DNA of 64,000 nucleotides from an uncultured Pseudobdellovibrionaceae bacterium (GCA_963803705.1 CAWDNU010000003.1:327564-391563); one strand, 5' to 3'; counted from the first letter of the stretch, positions 21,031-30,353 are shown. Notes: generated by a model not told the origin, from the letters alone. Numbers and translations are program-made.

Positions 21031-21158
21031 AAGTTTGGCCCCTGTATTGCTAATGTAGAGGTAGCTGTTCGGGGGAGCAGAAGATATCAAGGATGATATC
21101 AAAACTAATTGGTAAGTCGGGGAGGGCTTTTTTATAAAATTTTCCAAGGATGGAAAAG

Positions 21159-21887
21159 TTATTTTTTTACGCAGTAAACGATCGATAGATCGTCATCGTT
21201 GTTTTTGTACAGCTTTTCTAACCAGGTTTTTATTTGATCGATCCCATCTTCTTTTTTGCTGTAAATATCCTGACAATGTTCTCTAATTTTTTCGAAGGAG
21301 TCAAAAAACTGTTCCAATCCGTCAGAGTGAAAAAGAATTTGGGAACCTTTATTTAGCTTGATATTTTCTGTAATTTCGAAGCGCGGGTTTTGGATTCCAA
21401 TACAGTTGACTAAAACGTGATCCTCACCGACTTTGGAACCAAAGTGGTCCTCTATTATTTTAGACTGATTATGAATCCAGTTTTGAAATGTCAATTCCCC
21501 GTTAGGCTCAAAAATGTAGAATGACGAATCTCCAAGGCCCAAGTAGTAATTAAACTTTTTAGAAAACACAAAAAGATCAAATGTTGATGCTAAATCCTTT
21601 TTAAGATAGTCCTTGTTTCTTTTGATAAGTAGCTCTGTAATTTTACCCAATCTAGGTTTTTTAGAGCTGATAGAGTCAAAATGTGATTCAAAAGCTTCTA
21701 CTAAAATTTGCGATGATCTCTCTGGAGAAGATGTTGAAGAAACGCCATCACAATTGATTAAGTAGTTAAAATTAAGAGTTTCCCCGGCAGAACTATTGTC
21801 CCCACAAGGTTTGCCTTCTTTAGATTTAAGAAATCTAAATCCAAATACATTTTCAAATTCAAAAAAATCTAAAAATAAGCTACTCAA
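21159..21887 (-). CDS. PP2C-family Ser/Thr protein phosphatase (compact, divergent)
   Basis: It has a TTG start. Ordered PP2C motifs are NCDGVSS, GLGDSSFYIF, LFHSDGLEQFF and DDDLSIVY. Confidence 0.6.
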   Translation of the reverse strand: MSSLFLDFFEFENVFGFRFLKSKEGKPCGDNSSAGETLNFNYLINCDGVSSTSSPERSSQILVEAFESHFDSISSKKPRLGKITELLIKRNKDYLKKDLASTFDLFVFSKKFNYYLGLGDSSFYIFEPNGELTFQNWIHNQSKIIEDHFGSKVGEDHVLVNCIGIQNPRFEITENIKLNKGSQILFHSDGLEQFFDSFEKIREHCQDIYSKKEDGIDQIKTWLEKLYKNNDDDLSIVYCVKK

Positions 21888-22304
21888 GTTTTGTGATATC
21901 CTATGGTTAAGAACTTATCTTATAGTATAGAGTAACCTCTACACTATTTTAAAATTAATAAACTTAAGTGCTTATCGGAATTTACGAATCTTTAGTAAAG
22001 TTACCGTATATGATGATCTGGCCTATAGACTAGCTAAATAAGGCCAAAATAGTTTTTGAATCCCATCTATTTAATTAGTAAGACTCGTCTAGGTTTTGAT
22101 AAATAGAATTTTTAACTAAGTAAATGCTTTGTACTGCTGTTCCGGATTTAGACGTAATCCCCCATAGACCGAGTAGTTCCAGTTCGTCCATTAGAAGCTA
22201 GGCACTTGATAGGTGTTTAAAATTTCCGAATAGCAAAACAATCAAGATAACTCCTTACTTAAGCTTGAAGGAGGACTTATTTTTACCACTTAGGAAATAA
22301 AAAA

Positions 22305-22381
<77 letters not shown>

Positions 22382-22473
22382 CCAGGAAGGTCAAATTTAG
22401 GCTTTTCAAACCTCAAAGTCAATAGTAGTTTAGACCTTTAAAGTCTTGTAATAATTAAGCTCAAAAGTGGTTC

Positions 22474-23202
22474 ATGACAAAAAAATCAATTAAAAATTTC
22501 AATTTTAAAGAAGGTCAGCTCTTAAACAGTAAGTACAGAATACTTTCTAGATTAGGAAAGGGTTGGGAAGGCGAAGTTTACGCCATTGAAGAGATAAATA
22601 CAAAAATAGTAAGAGCCGCCAAATTTTTTTACTCAGCAAGAAACGCTAAAAATAAAACTTTGCTTGGCTATGCAAAAAAATTAAATAATTTAAACGATGT
22701 TACGATTATCATTAAATACATTACCCAAGAGGAAATGGAGTTTAAGAAGCAGTCGATATTATTTCTTGTCTCTGAATATATTGAAGCGACTAGTCTAGAG
22801 GATTATATTAATAGCACTAAGAGAAAAGCTGTGCCTATTTTTGAGGCTTCCCATATCTTTTACCAGCTAGTCAAAGGTGTAGAGCAAATACATCTAAAGG
22901 GCGAATTTCATGGAGATCTTCATACGGGTAATGTTTTACTTAGGCAAAAAGGTCTAGCATTTGAGTTAAAGCTTATAGACCTTTTTTTGTGGAAGGGTAA
23001 CAAGCGCGAGTTTCAAAGAGCAGATATTGTGGAATTGATTCGCATCTTTTACGAGATACTAGGTGGTAAAAAAAATTACAGTAAACTTCCCGGGTCGTTT
23101 AAAAATATAATTTGTGGAAAAAGAAATGATTTAATTTTAAAAAAATTCCCGAAAATTTCAAATTTAAGTGTCACGTTAGAAAATCTAAGTTGGACAGACT
23201 AA
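22474..23202 (+). CDS. atypical small protein kinase-like protein (Kdo/RIO/lipopolysaccharide-kinase-like catalytic loop)
   Basis: The Gly-loop is GKGWEGEVY, the Lys motif is AAKFF, the catalytic loop is HGDLHTGNVLL, and it is followed by LIDLF. Length is only 242 aa. Confidence 0.55.
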   Translation: MTKKSIKNFNFKEGQLLNSKYRILSRLGKGWEGEVYAIEEINTKIVRAAKFFYSARNAKNKTLLGYAKKLNNLNDVTIIIKYITQEEMEFKKQSILFLVSEYIEATSLEDYINSTKRKAVPIFEASHIFYQLVKGVEQIHLKGEFHGDLHTGNVLLRQKGLAFELKLIDLFLWKGNKREFQRADIVELIRIFYEILGGKKNYSKLPGSFKNIICGKRNDLILKKFPKISNLSVTLENLSWTD

Positions 23203-23304
23203 ATTCTAACTCAGCCAGCAGTTTGTAAAACAAAAATAATTCTGACTTTATTTCATATTAATATTTGTTTTTGAAAAAATTTGACTATTTAAATCTAAAA
23301 ATTG

Positions 23305-23766
23305 TTATTGCCAAATTTTAAGCTCCCTTAGAGTAGGGAGCCTTTTCGAAAGTAAAACCTCTGTGCTTTTAGTTATTTTGCCGTTGTTAAAAGATATTAA
23401 GGTCGCTTCTTGATCAAAAATTTTTAATCTATTTATTAGTCTAAATCCTGGGTCCAAATAAAATTCATCTAGAATATTCTTTGGGATCCCATACTTTTCT
23501 AACAAATTTTGGGCTCGGGCTATGGGTTTTTTACCCACTACAATTATAAAGTTTTTTGCAGAATTTTTAACTAATTTAGAGATATTATCAAAACAAGATT
23601 TGCAGGATGCATTGACGTATAAAATATTTGCTTTACTGCTTTCGGTTAACAGCACCACTTTATCGGTGTCTTGAATTGACTGCAGCAGAAATGACACTCG
23701 AGCTACAGCTTGGTGTGACCATAAAAGATAAGAAAATAAGATAACTAGAATGTATTTATTTTTCAT
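23305..23766 (-). CDS. secreted CxxC protein, possibly thioredoxin-fold
   Basis: It has a signal peptide (ILFSYLLWSHQAVA) and a CKSC motif following a beta-strand-like ILYVNAS. The fold assignment is a guess. Confidence 0.3.
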   Translation of the reverse strand: MKNKYILVILFSYLLWSHQAVARVSFLLQSIQDTDKVVLLTESSKANILYVNASCKSCFDNISKLVKNSAKNFIIVVGKKPIARAQNLLEKYGIPKNILDEFYLDPGFRLINRLKIFDQEATLISFNNGKITKSTEVLLSKRLPTLRELKIWQ

Positions 23767-23779
23767 AATTAATGATTAC

Positions 23780-24673
23780 CTAGTTACCGTATGTTGGCCT
23801 AAAAATATAGAGTCCATTCTGGAATTCTCCTATAGACATGGGCGAATTTCTTCTGTTGTTCAAAAATTTCAATGTAAACACCTTGGTAACAGTTTTAAAT
23901 GGAGTTGTTCTGTTGTCATTACAAATCAGGCCAGCAGTGATGTCTGCCCTAGGTCCAAGACAATCATAACCGGCCTTAGCGTTAGAGGTAGGATAAATAC
24001 TAGTGGCTGTGACTCTTATCGAATTTAAAATGTTTCCTCTAGAAAACTGAGGCTGATCCAATGTAAAGTCCGATACTCTCTCTATAACCAGATCACCGTC
24101 ATCGGGTGTTAAGACCCCGGTTGCATCAGAGGCACCTAAATCGATTACAATTCTAGAGCCTCTTCTTGTGTTGTCAAAAACTTCATTCTTTCTAACAAAA
24201 AAAACCCCAGTAGGCCTAAATAAGCTTGTTGTTGTTGTGGCAGCCATATTAGAAAGCCTATTTTCCCGCGCAAAAAACATAAGTGTTGCACTAGGCAAGG
24301 CGCCCATAGACGCATCCGTTAGATAATTAAAAACCCTAACATAGCCGGCACCGCCAGTGCCAGTTTGTCGACCGTTTAAGTCCAGATTCGCGGGTGTTGG
24401 CAGCCTTACGTTGACCGCTAGTGAGGCTACATATTTTAAAGTGTACATTAGACGATCTAAATCTTGTTCTGCCTCTGATATCTTAGATTGCTTTAGACCT
24501 ACGACTGCCATATTTACGCTAATGTAAGCACCAGTAAGAAAAATTAATGAGGCAATCGCGCTAGAGATCATCATTTCAATCAATGTAAAACCAGCCGATT
24601 TATACAAGTTGGGACTTGATAGTTGTTTATTTGAAGATTGCTTCGATTTTGTTACAAACTTCACTGTAAACAT
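23780..24673 (-). CDS. alternative model: stand-alone minor-pilin/pseudopilin from internal ATG (MFTVKFVTKSKQSSNKQLSSPNLYKSAG/FTLIEM)
   Basis: The internal ATG at 24673..24671 would give a 28-aa leader before the G/F cleavage motif. No convincing SD precedes it (ttccaaaatttaaaaATG). Confidence 0.3.
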   Translation of the reverse strand: MFTVKFVTKSKQSSNKQLSSPNLYKSAGFTLIEMMISSAIASLIFLTGAYISVNMAVVGLKQSKISEAEQDLDRLMYTLKYVASLAVNVRLPTPANLDLNGRQTGTGGAGYVRVFNYLTDASMGALPSATLMFFARENRLSNMAATTTTSLFRPTGVFFVRKNEVFDNTRRGSRIVIDLGASDATGVLTPDDGDLVIERVSDFTLDQPQFSRGNILNSIRVTATSIYPTSNAKAGYDCLGPRADITAGLICNDNRTTPFKTVTKVFTLKFLNNRRNSPMSIGEFQNGLYIFRPTYGN

Positions 24674-25687
24674 TTTTAAATTTTGGAAAAAGAATTTGAT
24701 ATCTGCAAATATCTCTTTGAAGGGAACCCATAAATCGTATGTATAGGACTGAACTGCTCGGTTTTGATAGTTTGACAGACCAAATTTAAATCTTTCATTT
24801 CTTTTTGGATTGTAAAAGGTGCCAAATATGACATCCCATACAGAAAGCATTACTCCTAAGTTCACATCCCTGTGAACACGATTTCTGCTGTGGTGAGCTT
24901 GGTGCATGTGAGGACTGATAAATATGTAACTTAAAAATTTGCCGTAGTTTAACCTTATATGAGAGTGACGCAGGTTCGAGACAAAGCTTAAGAATACATA
25001 GTTTAGTAGAGCCATCGTGTACTTATAATCCAAATCTTTACCAATATGGAAAGCTGAAGCAAGAAGAACTATACCAGGTGCAAACAAAACTGGTTTTAAA
25101 ATTATCGTATCAACAAAGTATTCAACAGGATGTATACGGTCTTTTGTTAAAGGATTTAAAACAGTTGCTCTGTGATGGGTTGCATGAAATTTCCATAACC
25201 AAGGGACTTTGTGGTAAAAAAGGTGAACTAAGTAACTTGCAAAATCCATGTACAGAAGATTTAGTAAAGCCAGTACATATATTCCATATACGGGATCTAG
25301 ATAAAACACCGGCTCTATACTTTGCAACTGAGCAAGGTAGGTGTATTCGGTAACCCACTGAATGACCTGACGGTGATTTAATAAAAAATAACCAAATATT
25401 ATTGGTTTATATATAAATCTTAGGCTTAAATAGAAAAAATCTTTTTTTAGTTCGAATTTAAAACGAGATGATTTAAGAAAAGATTGAACTCTGTTTAGCG
25501 AGGTTTTTCTTTTTATCATTGAATACGCAAAATATACCAAGGCAATAATGAAAGCTGATAAAATCCAAAATATGTTGAAGGGCTGACTTAAATCAGTCAT
25601 AAAGTTTGAAGTAAACTCGGAAAAAAAGTTTACAAAACCTTTATACAAAAGACTGAATAAGAGTAACATCTCATTAATCATCTTCAT
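23780..25687 (-). CDS. single ORF joining a fatty-acid hydroxylase/sterol-desaturase-family membrane domain (aa 1-~335) to a prepilin-type (class III signal) pilin-like domain (aa ~339-635)
   Basis: The His boxes are HLFYH, HATHH and HMHQAHH. At residue 366/367 there is KSAG/FTLIEMMISSAIASLIFL (G-1, F+1, E+5). No stop codon separates the two modules. Confidence 0.6.
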   Translation of the reverse strand: MKMINEMLLLFSLLYKGFVNFFSEFTSNFMTDLSQPFNIFWILSAFIIALVYFAYSMIKRKTSLNRVQSFLKSSRFKFELKKDFFYLSLRFIYKPIIFGYFLLNHRQVIQWVTEYTYLAQLQSIEPVFYLDPVYGIYVLALLNLLYMDFASYLVHLFYHKVPWLWKFHATHHRATVLNPLTKDRIHPVEYFVDTIILKPVLFAPGIVLLASAFHIGKDLDYKYTMALLNYVFLSFVSNLRHSHIRLNYGKFLSYIFISPHMHQAHHSRNRVHRDVNLGVMLSVWDVIFGTFYNPKRNERFKFGLSNYQNRAVQSYTYDLWVPFKEIFADIKFFFQNLKMFTVKFVTKSKQSSNKQLSSPNLYKSAGFTLIEMMISSAIASLIFLTGAYISVNMAVVGLKQSKISEAEQDLDRLMYTLKYVASLAVNVRLPTPANLDLNGRQTGTGGAGYVRVFNYLTDASMGALPSATLMFFARENRLSNMAATTTTSLFRPTGVFFVRKNEVFDNTRRGSRIVIDLGASDATGVLTPDDGDLVIERVSDFTLDQPQFSRGNILNSIRVTATSIYPTSNAKAGYDCLGPRADITAGLICNDNRTTPFKTVTKVFTLKFLNNRRNSPMSIGEFQNGLYIFRPTYGN

Positions 25688-25787
25688 TGACTTATCCTTT
25701 GATAGGCACTAGCGATACCCGCCATAATCGTGACCCTCAACACCAACGTCACTTCCGTGCTTAGGGCTGTAATTCAATTTGACTCAT

Positions 25788-27215
25788 TTAGTTGCCCATA
25801 CTGGAGCTACTACTGGGAGTACCACCATCATCACCATCAAAGCCTGAACCCATGCCCTGGTCACCGCCGTCACCGTCACTTCCGTCGCCATCGCTAAATG
25901 TTGGCGGTGGCGGGGGGGAGTATACACAGCCAGCAGCTTGAGTTCCCCCACCATTTGCACAATAACCTGGGCCAGTGTAGCTTGCAGGACAACTTGTACA
26001 GCTAGGAAGAGCTACTGCAGGAAATCCGCCTCCTATGGGCGTTCTTGAAATATTGTGTGCAGCATCTACAGCTACTACCTCTATTCGTGGGCTGCATCCA
26101 AGACTAATACCAGAAAAACTTAGGTTAAATCCATTTGGAAGCTCCACAAAACTGTCAGCTGACCTTCCACATAAGGTGACAGTCTTACAGCTTTTCCAAC
26201 CATCGTTAGGCAGGACCGGAGTTCTAATTGGCCCCCCTGGACACAATGGTTTCGTATTAGAAGCAACAGGTGACCCCGAGCTGTCCCTGCAGACTAATGC
26301 GATAGCTTTTTCGGTTTTAAACTCTGGATTAAAGCGTATCTGAACTTCCGGTTCTAGTGTTTGAGTGCAAGTTCCTAAGGGCCCGGTAGAGATGTTTACA
26401 GTAGGGGATAATAAATCGGTGTCTGAAGGGGGGATTTTTGGATAGTTAAAAACTGAACTGGCATCACAATTTGAGTTATTATCGTCACTATCGGTATACG
26501 AAGTATTAACAGTTACAAGAAAACCTAAATTTGCTACGGAATTAAGTTCAGGTAATATATCACCACCCATAAAGTCCGCAGTCTGTGATGAGCTTATATC
26601 AACACCAGCAGGCCTAATGCTTAAAGGAAGCGTTGGACAACTTAAGTTTCCGTTTACCAAATTGATGGCCTGAATTCTAATTTTTGATTGTATGTTTCGA
26701 AGATGGCCCACATCTAGAGTTTCAACCAATTCGGCAGTTCCTACATTATTATAAACTATGCCATCAGGGTTCGTACAAAAATTAGGATCAGAGTTGTACA
26801 AAGAATTTAGTAAAGACATCGATCCAATTAAAGCCTTATGATTACGTAGATAAAGTGTGGCACCGTCCTGACGAAAAAGTTCGGCATTTCCCACGAGCCA
26901 ATCTTGATCATTGCTAATAAAGTTTAACATATTCATAGAAGTTGGCGCTGAACGACTCATAGATCCTTCAGATCCACCGTAGCTTAAAACGTTTACAGAT
27001 TTAACAGCTCCTGTTGATTTAATTTTGTCGACAATGTCTTGTGACCTTTGTAAGCATGCTGCAAAGTGTGAGTTTTTGATCTGAGACATTCTAGTAGAGC
27101 TAAAAACGGTGAAAGATACAGCTACAATCGATAGCAAAGCAATGGCTATTAAAGATTCAACAAGTGAAAATCCAAATTCCTTTGCTCTTGCCCTTTTTTT
27201 GAATTTTATCATCAC
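25788..27215 (-). CDS. large prepilin-type N-terminal cleavage/methylation domain protein (pilin-like, 475 aa)
   Basis: The leader is MMIKFKKRARAKEFG/FSLVESLIAIALLSIVAV (G-1, F+1, E+5). RBS is aggag. The C-terminal region is Cys-rich, followed by PPPPP and a DG-rich acidic tail. Confidence 0.65.
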   Translation of the reverse strand: MMIKFKKRARAKEFGFSLVESLIAIALLSIVAVSFTVFSSTRMSQIKNSHFAACLQRSQDIVDKIKSTGAVKSVNVLSYGGSEGSMSRSAPTSMNMLNFISNDQDWLVGNAELFRQDGATLYLRNHKALIGSMSLLNSLYNSDPNFCTNPDGIVYNNVGTAELVETLDVGHLRNIQSKIRIQAINLVNGNLSCPTLPLSIRPAGVDISSSQTADFMGGDILPELNSVANLGFLVTVNTSYTDSDDNNSNCDASSVFNYPKIPPSDTDLLSPTVNISTGPLGTCTQTLEPEVQIRFNPEFKTEKAIALVCRDSSGSPVASNTKPLCPGGPIRTPVLPNDGWKSCKTVTLCGRSADSFVELPNGFNLSFSGISLGCSPRIEVVAVDAAHNISRTPIGGGFPAVALPSCTSCPASYTGPGYCANGGGTQAAGCVYSPPPPPTFSDGDGSDGDGGDQGMGSGFDGDDGGTPSSSSSMGN

Positions 27216-27274
27216 AAAGAACTCCTAGCTCTGGTTATATAATTTGTTAAAATAGAGTTAAAATCTCTTTCCCA

Positions 27275-27306
27275 TATCTTACCCTGTATCTTACCCTGTA
27301 TCTTAA
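27275..27306. repeat. 12-nt tandem repeat (atcttaccctgt x2 plus a partial copy) upstream of the pilin-like gene
   Basis: Copies lie at 27275-27286 and 27287-27298, with a partial copy at 27299-27306. Confidence 0.8.
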
Positions 27307-27356
27307 CAATAACTTATCGGTTACAGAAATTATGTCCTGAAGTCCGGGTATCTTTG

Positions 27357-27372
27357 TGCTTCTCTGTTACCA
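27357..27372 (-). promoter_or_regulatory. sigma-54-like -24/-12 element candidate (TGGTAA-N5-AAGCA)
   Basis: The minus-strand sequence is tggtaacagagaagca, with correct GG-N10-GC spacing, about 140 nt upstream of the pilin-like start. The flanking consensus is only weakly matched. Confidence 0.3.
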
Positions 27373-27453
27373 ACTCAGACTGTATTAGAGGGATTTTTTT
27401 TTATAAGATTTACTTTAGTTATCTGACTGAAACATTTAGGCAACACTTAGCAC

Positions 27454-28743
27454 CTATGGTTCTAAAATAAGAAGTGGATTCGAACTATTGGGTGACAGCA
27501 GTAAGAAATTGTTTCCCACGCCAACCTGATTGGAAATAGAGCTTTTGAGATCTACAGATTCAACAAGACTTAGGTTTTCGAACCTTAAAAAGCAGAATTT
27601 ATCTTTTGAACATCCTGCTGCAATAAATTTTTTACCCTTGTATTCTAGAATTACTGGACTAGCTTGCCTAGACTCCCTATTCATCTTTATTTTGAAATAA
27701 GCCAGGCGCTTACCAGTGCTCAAATTAATCTTATGAATCCCGTTAGCGGCGTTTACAAAACCAACACCTAGGTCTGGATCAATTGCAACGCTGCTCTGAT
27801 TAAATTTTGGAACCAAATATGTCCATAAAACCCTGCCATCAAATTTACTTAGGCAATAAATTTTACCATCCCACGAAGAAATATATATTTTATCGTCCCA
27901 TACACTTGGGGTTGATTTGACAGGAGCACCAAAGTCTTGGGTCCAAACAACTCTACCTGTGCTTTTAGAAATAGCTCTAAAGGTGTTGTTATTATCGCCG
28001 ATGAAGATGTTGCTCTTATCAGCTGCCGGCGTAGAGTGGCTTTGGTTTCCCAAGGGCTCGCTAGTCCAGACCACTTCATTTGTTATCAAATTTAGTTTTA
28101 CAACGTAGCCATCTGGCCGAACGGTTTCGAAGTTCAAATAAAGGTGATTTCCTTCTAGAAGAGGGGTAGCCCCAAAAGTATTTCCGAATTGGGCCATCCA
28201 AATAACCTTTTTTGTGCTTAGATCTAAAAAGTAAAACCGCCCTGTGTAGTCACCTATAAAAGCAACGTCTTGGATTATTATTGGCGTGCTGTGAAACCCA
28301 AAGCCCTTGTTGAATAAGCTTAAAGTCCAATATAGAATTTTATTTTTATACACTTCAACAATCCCTTGGTCGCCTGCCACAATGGTATAAGGGTCTAAAT
28401 GCATTGGCGTAGACTTACTAGCGCCATGACCTGAGTAGTTAATATTTGTTTCACCTATTGAATTCAATTTTAGGTCTATTGGATCGAATTTTATTTTAAA
28501 GTATCCTTGCCTAAGGGCTCCCCCGCGGTACTGCGCTATTTTATTTGATTTAAGAATTGCCTTCAGCCTTGATGGTTTAATTTCATTGACATGAAATATA
28601 TTAGGTTTAAAGAACTTATGCCGGTTGTAATAGGTAGACCGAATTTCTAGTTGTGTGGGATTATAGATAAAAACAACTACGAATACTAAAGACAGGGCAA
28701 CCAGCAAATAGAAAAAAAGTAATTTAAATTTGTTTACAAACAT
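27454..28743 (-). CDS. membrane-anchored PQQ-like beta-propeller repeat protein (BamB-family fold)
   Basis: Repeats include GRVVWTQDFGAPVKSTPSVWDDKIYISSWDGKIYCLSKFDGRVLWTY. The start was moved to the ATG at 28743 (MFVNKFKLLFFYLLVALSL TM), giving a 20-nt overlap with the upstream gene instead of 149 nt. Confidence 0.7.
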   Translation of the reverse strand: MFVNKFKLLFFYLLVALSLVFVVVFIYNPTQLEIRSTYYNRHKFFKPNIFHVNEIKPSRLKAILKSNKIAQYRGGALRQGYFKIKFDPIDLKLNSIGETNINYSGHGASKSTPMHLDPYTIVAGDQGIVEVYKNKILYWTLSLFNKGFGFHSTPIIIQDVAFIGDYTGRFYFLDLSTKKVIWMAQFGNTFGATPLLEGNHLYLNFETVRPDGYVVKLNLITNEVVWTSEPLGNQSHSTPAADKSNIFIGDNNNTFRAISKSTGRVVWTQDFGAPVKSTPSVWDDKIYISSWDGKIYCLSKFDGRVLWTYLVPKFNQSSVAIDPDLGVGFVNAANGIHKINLSTGKRLAYFKIKMNRESRQASPVILEYKGKKFIAAGCSKDKFCFLRFENLSLVESVDLKSSISNQVGVGNNFLLLSPNSSNPLLILEP

Positions 28744-29899
28744 CTTTATAATTCCGTATTTCGGTATATTTGGTTTGAGTGGTTCGTTTAGATTCCAGTA
28801 GAAATAAAAACTTTTTTTCAGGGTTTCTTTCACATAACCGACGTAAAAAAGAATCAAAGACAACAGGGTCACATCTAACCCTAAGAGACCTAGCCAACCC
28901 AGGGATATCTACAGAGACTACGTCCGAATTAGATTTTATTTCATATAAAGTGTTTCTACACACTAACCTAGCGTCAAGCATATTCAGTGACAAGTATCTT
29001 ACGTATCCGTCCATGGCTGCATCAAATGGTTGCAATCTGACAGTCAAATTCCAAACAAGCAACAGCACTATGAACAGTGATGAGACTGTCTGTGGTACGT
29101 TCTTAAAATCAAAAAAATTCATAGATGGTTTAAGACTCTCGTTTTTAAGGTAAGAAGCAATTTCAATATAAAAAAGTGGAAATAATAAACCTGTCATTAT
29201 AAGCGGGTAATACATTCCTACCACTAATATTGAGTACAAATGAAAAAGAAAGAGCTGCAGTAAAGTAAGCCTTCTAAGAAAAGCGCTTTTAGCCATCAAG
29301 CCCCAAATTAAGACTAACTCTAATACTGGAACATAAGCTAAGCTTAGGACTTGAAAAGGCCCCTTAAATAAATATTGACTATATGTTGTTAACGAAGCCC
29401 CTGACAGCCATTCAAGATTTAGCTTTAAAAGACCAGCAAAGAAGTACTGCAGGCACAAGACAAACCGGTATTTACCCAAAGAGTATCTGTCTAGTAGGGT
29501 GATTATTATCATTGTTAAATGCATGGTGTGATAATTACCCATCATATTATAACGAGACAGTAAAATGGTGGCTTTTAAAAAGAATAAGAAAACAAATAGT
29601 CTATAAAAAACTTTCTTTTTACCTATCAGAATTAGAAAGATAGTTGCTACACTTATGATTAAATAGCTAAAAAAAATGACTTTTATGTAAAGCAAATCAC
29701 TAAAAACTAGTTTGTAACAATTTTTAAATACTGGATAGCAATAAATTTGATGGTTTTCTAGACTGTAATTTAACCATACTGATCTTAAAATCCAAAAGTA
29801 AGCAGTAACTAAATGTGAAAAAGTTAATCCTAGCAGGATAGAGCTGTAATAGTTGTATTTGATCTTACTTAAAATTCTTTTAGTAATTAGATAAACCAT
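28724..29899 (-). CDS. polytopic membrane protein, HTTM / vitamin-K-dependent-carboxylase-like domain candidate
   Basis: There are about 8 TM segments. The motif QYFFAGLLKLNLEWLSG resembles the HTTM signature (aromatic-x-AG-x-x-K-L-N-x-D/E-W). A soluble C-terminal domain of about 100 aa follows. Not verified by HMM. Confidence 0.45.
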   Translation of the reverse strand: MVYLITKRILSKIKYNYYSSILLGLTFSHLVTAYFWILRSVWLNYSLENHQIYCYPVFKNCYKLVFSDLLYIKVIFFSYLIISVATIFLILIGKKKVFYRLFVFLFFLKATILLSRYNMMGNYHTMHLTMIIITLLDRYSLGKYRFVLCLQYFFAGLLKLNLEWLSGASLTTYSQYLFKGPFQVLSLAYVPVLELVLIWGLMAKSAFLRRLTLLQLFLFHLYSILVVGMYYPLIMTGLLFPLFYIEIASYLKNESLKPSMNFFDFKNVPQTVSSLFIVLLLVWNLTVRLQPFDAAMDGYVRYLSLNMLDARLVCRNTLYEIKSNSDVVSVDIPGLARSLRVRCDPVVFDSFLRRLCERNPEKKFLFLLESKRTTQTKYTEIRNYKDVCKQI

Positions 29900-30353
29900 A
29901 TTTAACCGAATTTTTGAAAGTTGTGTTTTTTATTTTGCATTTGTTTATATTCGAAAAACTTAGATCTGAGTTAATAAACTTTACGTTTGTTAATTCGCAT
30001 TCTTTAAAAACTGTTCCATTTATCCTTGCATTTAAAAAAGTAGTGTCCTTAACTTTAAACGATTCAACATGCATGCCCTGCATATTAAGACCTACTATTG
30101 TGCTGTTCCGTATATCAAGGTTTGACCCACGTTTGTGATTAAAATACAAAATTTTAAGATTCGCATTTTCAAGCTTAGTTTCTCTTTTTAAAACTTTACC
30201 TTTCTCAAACCAAGAGTTTGGAAAAAGTATGACATCCTTAAAATTATTTTCTTCTGTTGCAAAAAGACTTATCGAGCTAAAAAGCATGATAAGAAAAATT
30301 GAGCTAACCCATTTCATACATACAATGCTAAGGGCAGGGTTAATTTGAGGCAA
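29880..30353 (-). CDS. secreted pentapeptide-repeat protein
   Basis: Pentapeptide repeats are NSTIVGLNMQGMHVESFKVKDTTFLNARINGTVFKECELTNVKFINSDLSFSNINKCKIKNTTF. The signal peptide is MKWVSSIFLIMLFSSISLFA, so the start may be the ATG at 30317. Confidence 0.65.
   Translation of the reverse strand: MPQINPALSIVCMKWVSSIFLIMLFSSISLFATEENNFKDVILFPNSWFEKGKVLKRETKLENANLKILYFNHKRGSNLDIRNSTIVGLNMQGMHVESFKVKDTTFLNARINGTVFKECELTNVKFINSDLSFSNINKCKIKNTTFKNSVKYGLSNY

Noticed and set aside
27454-28872. ORF-track start (28872) of the PQQ-propeller gene, and similar long N-terminal extensions (43895 for the pseudouridine synthase, 61232 for Leu dehydrogenase, 53345 for the lipoprotein, 34923 for the ABC ATPase)
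   Set aside because: The extensions overlap neighbouring genes substantially or encode non-protein-like sequence. Internal ATGs with signal/TM sequences or an RBS give models consistent with the conserved N-termini.
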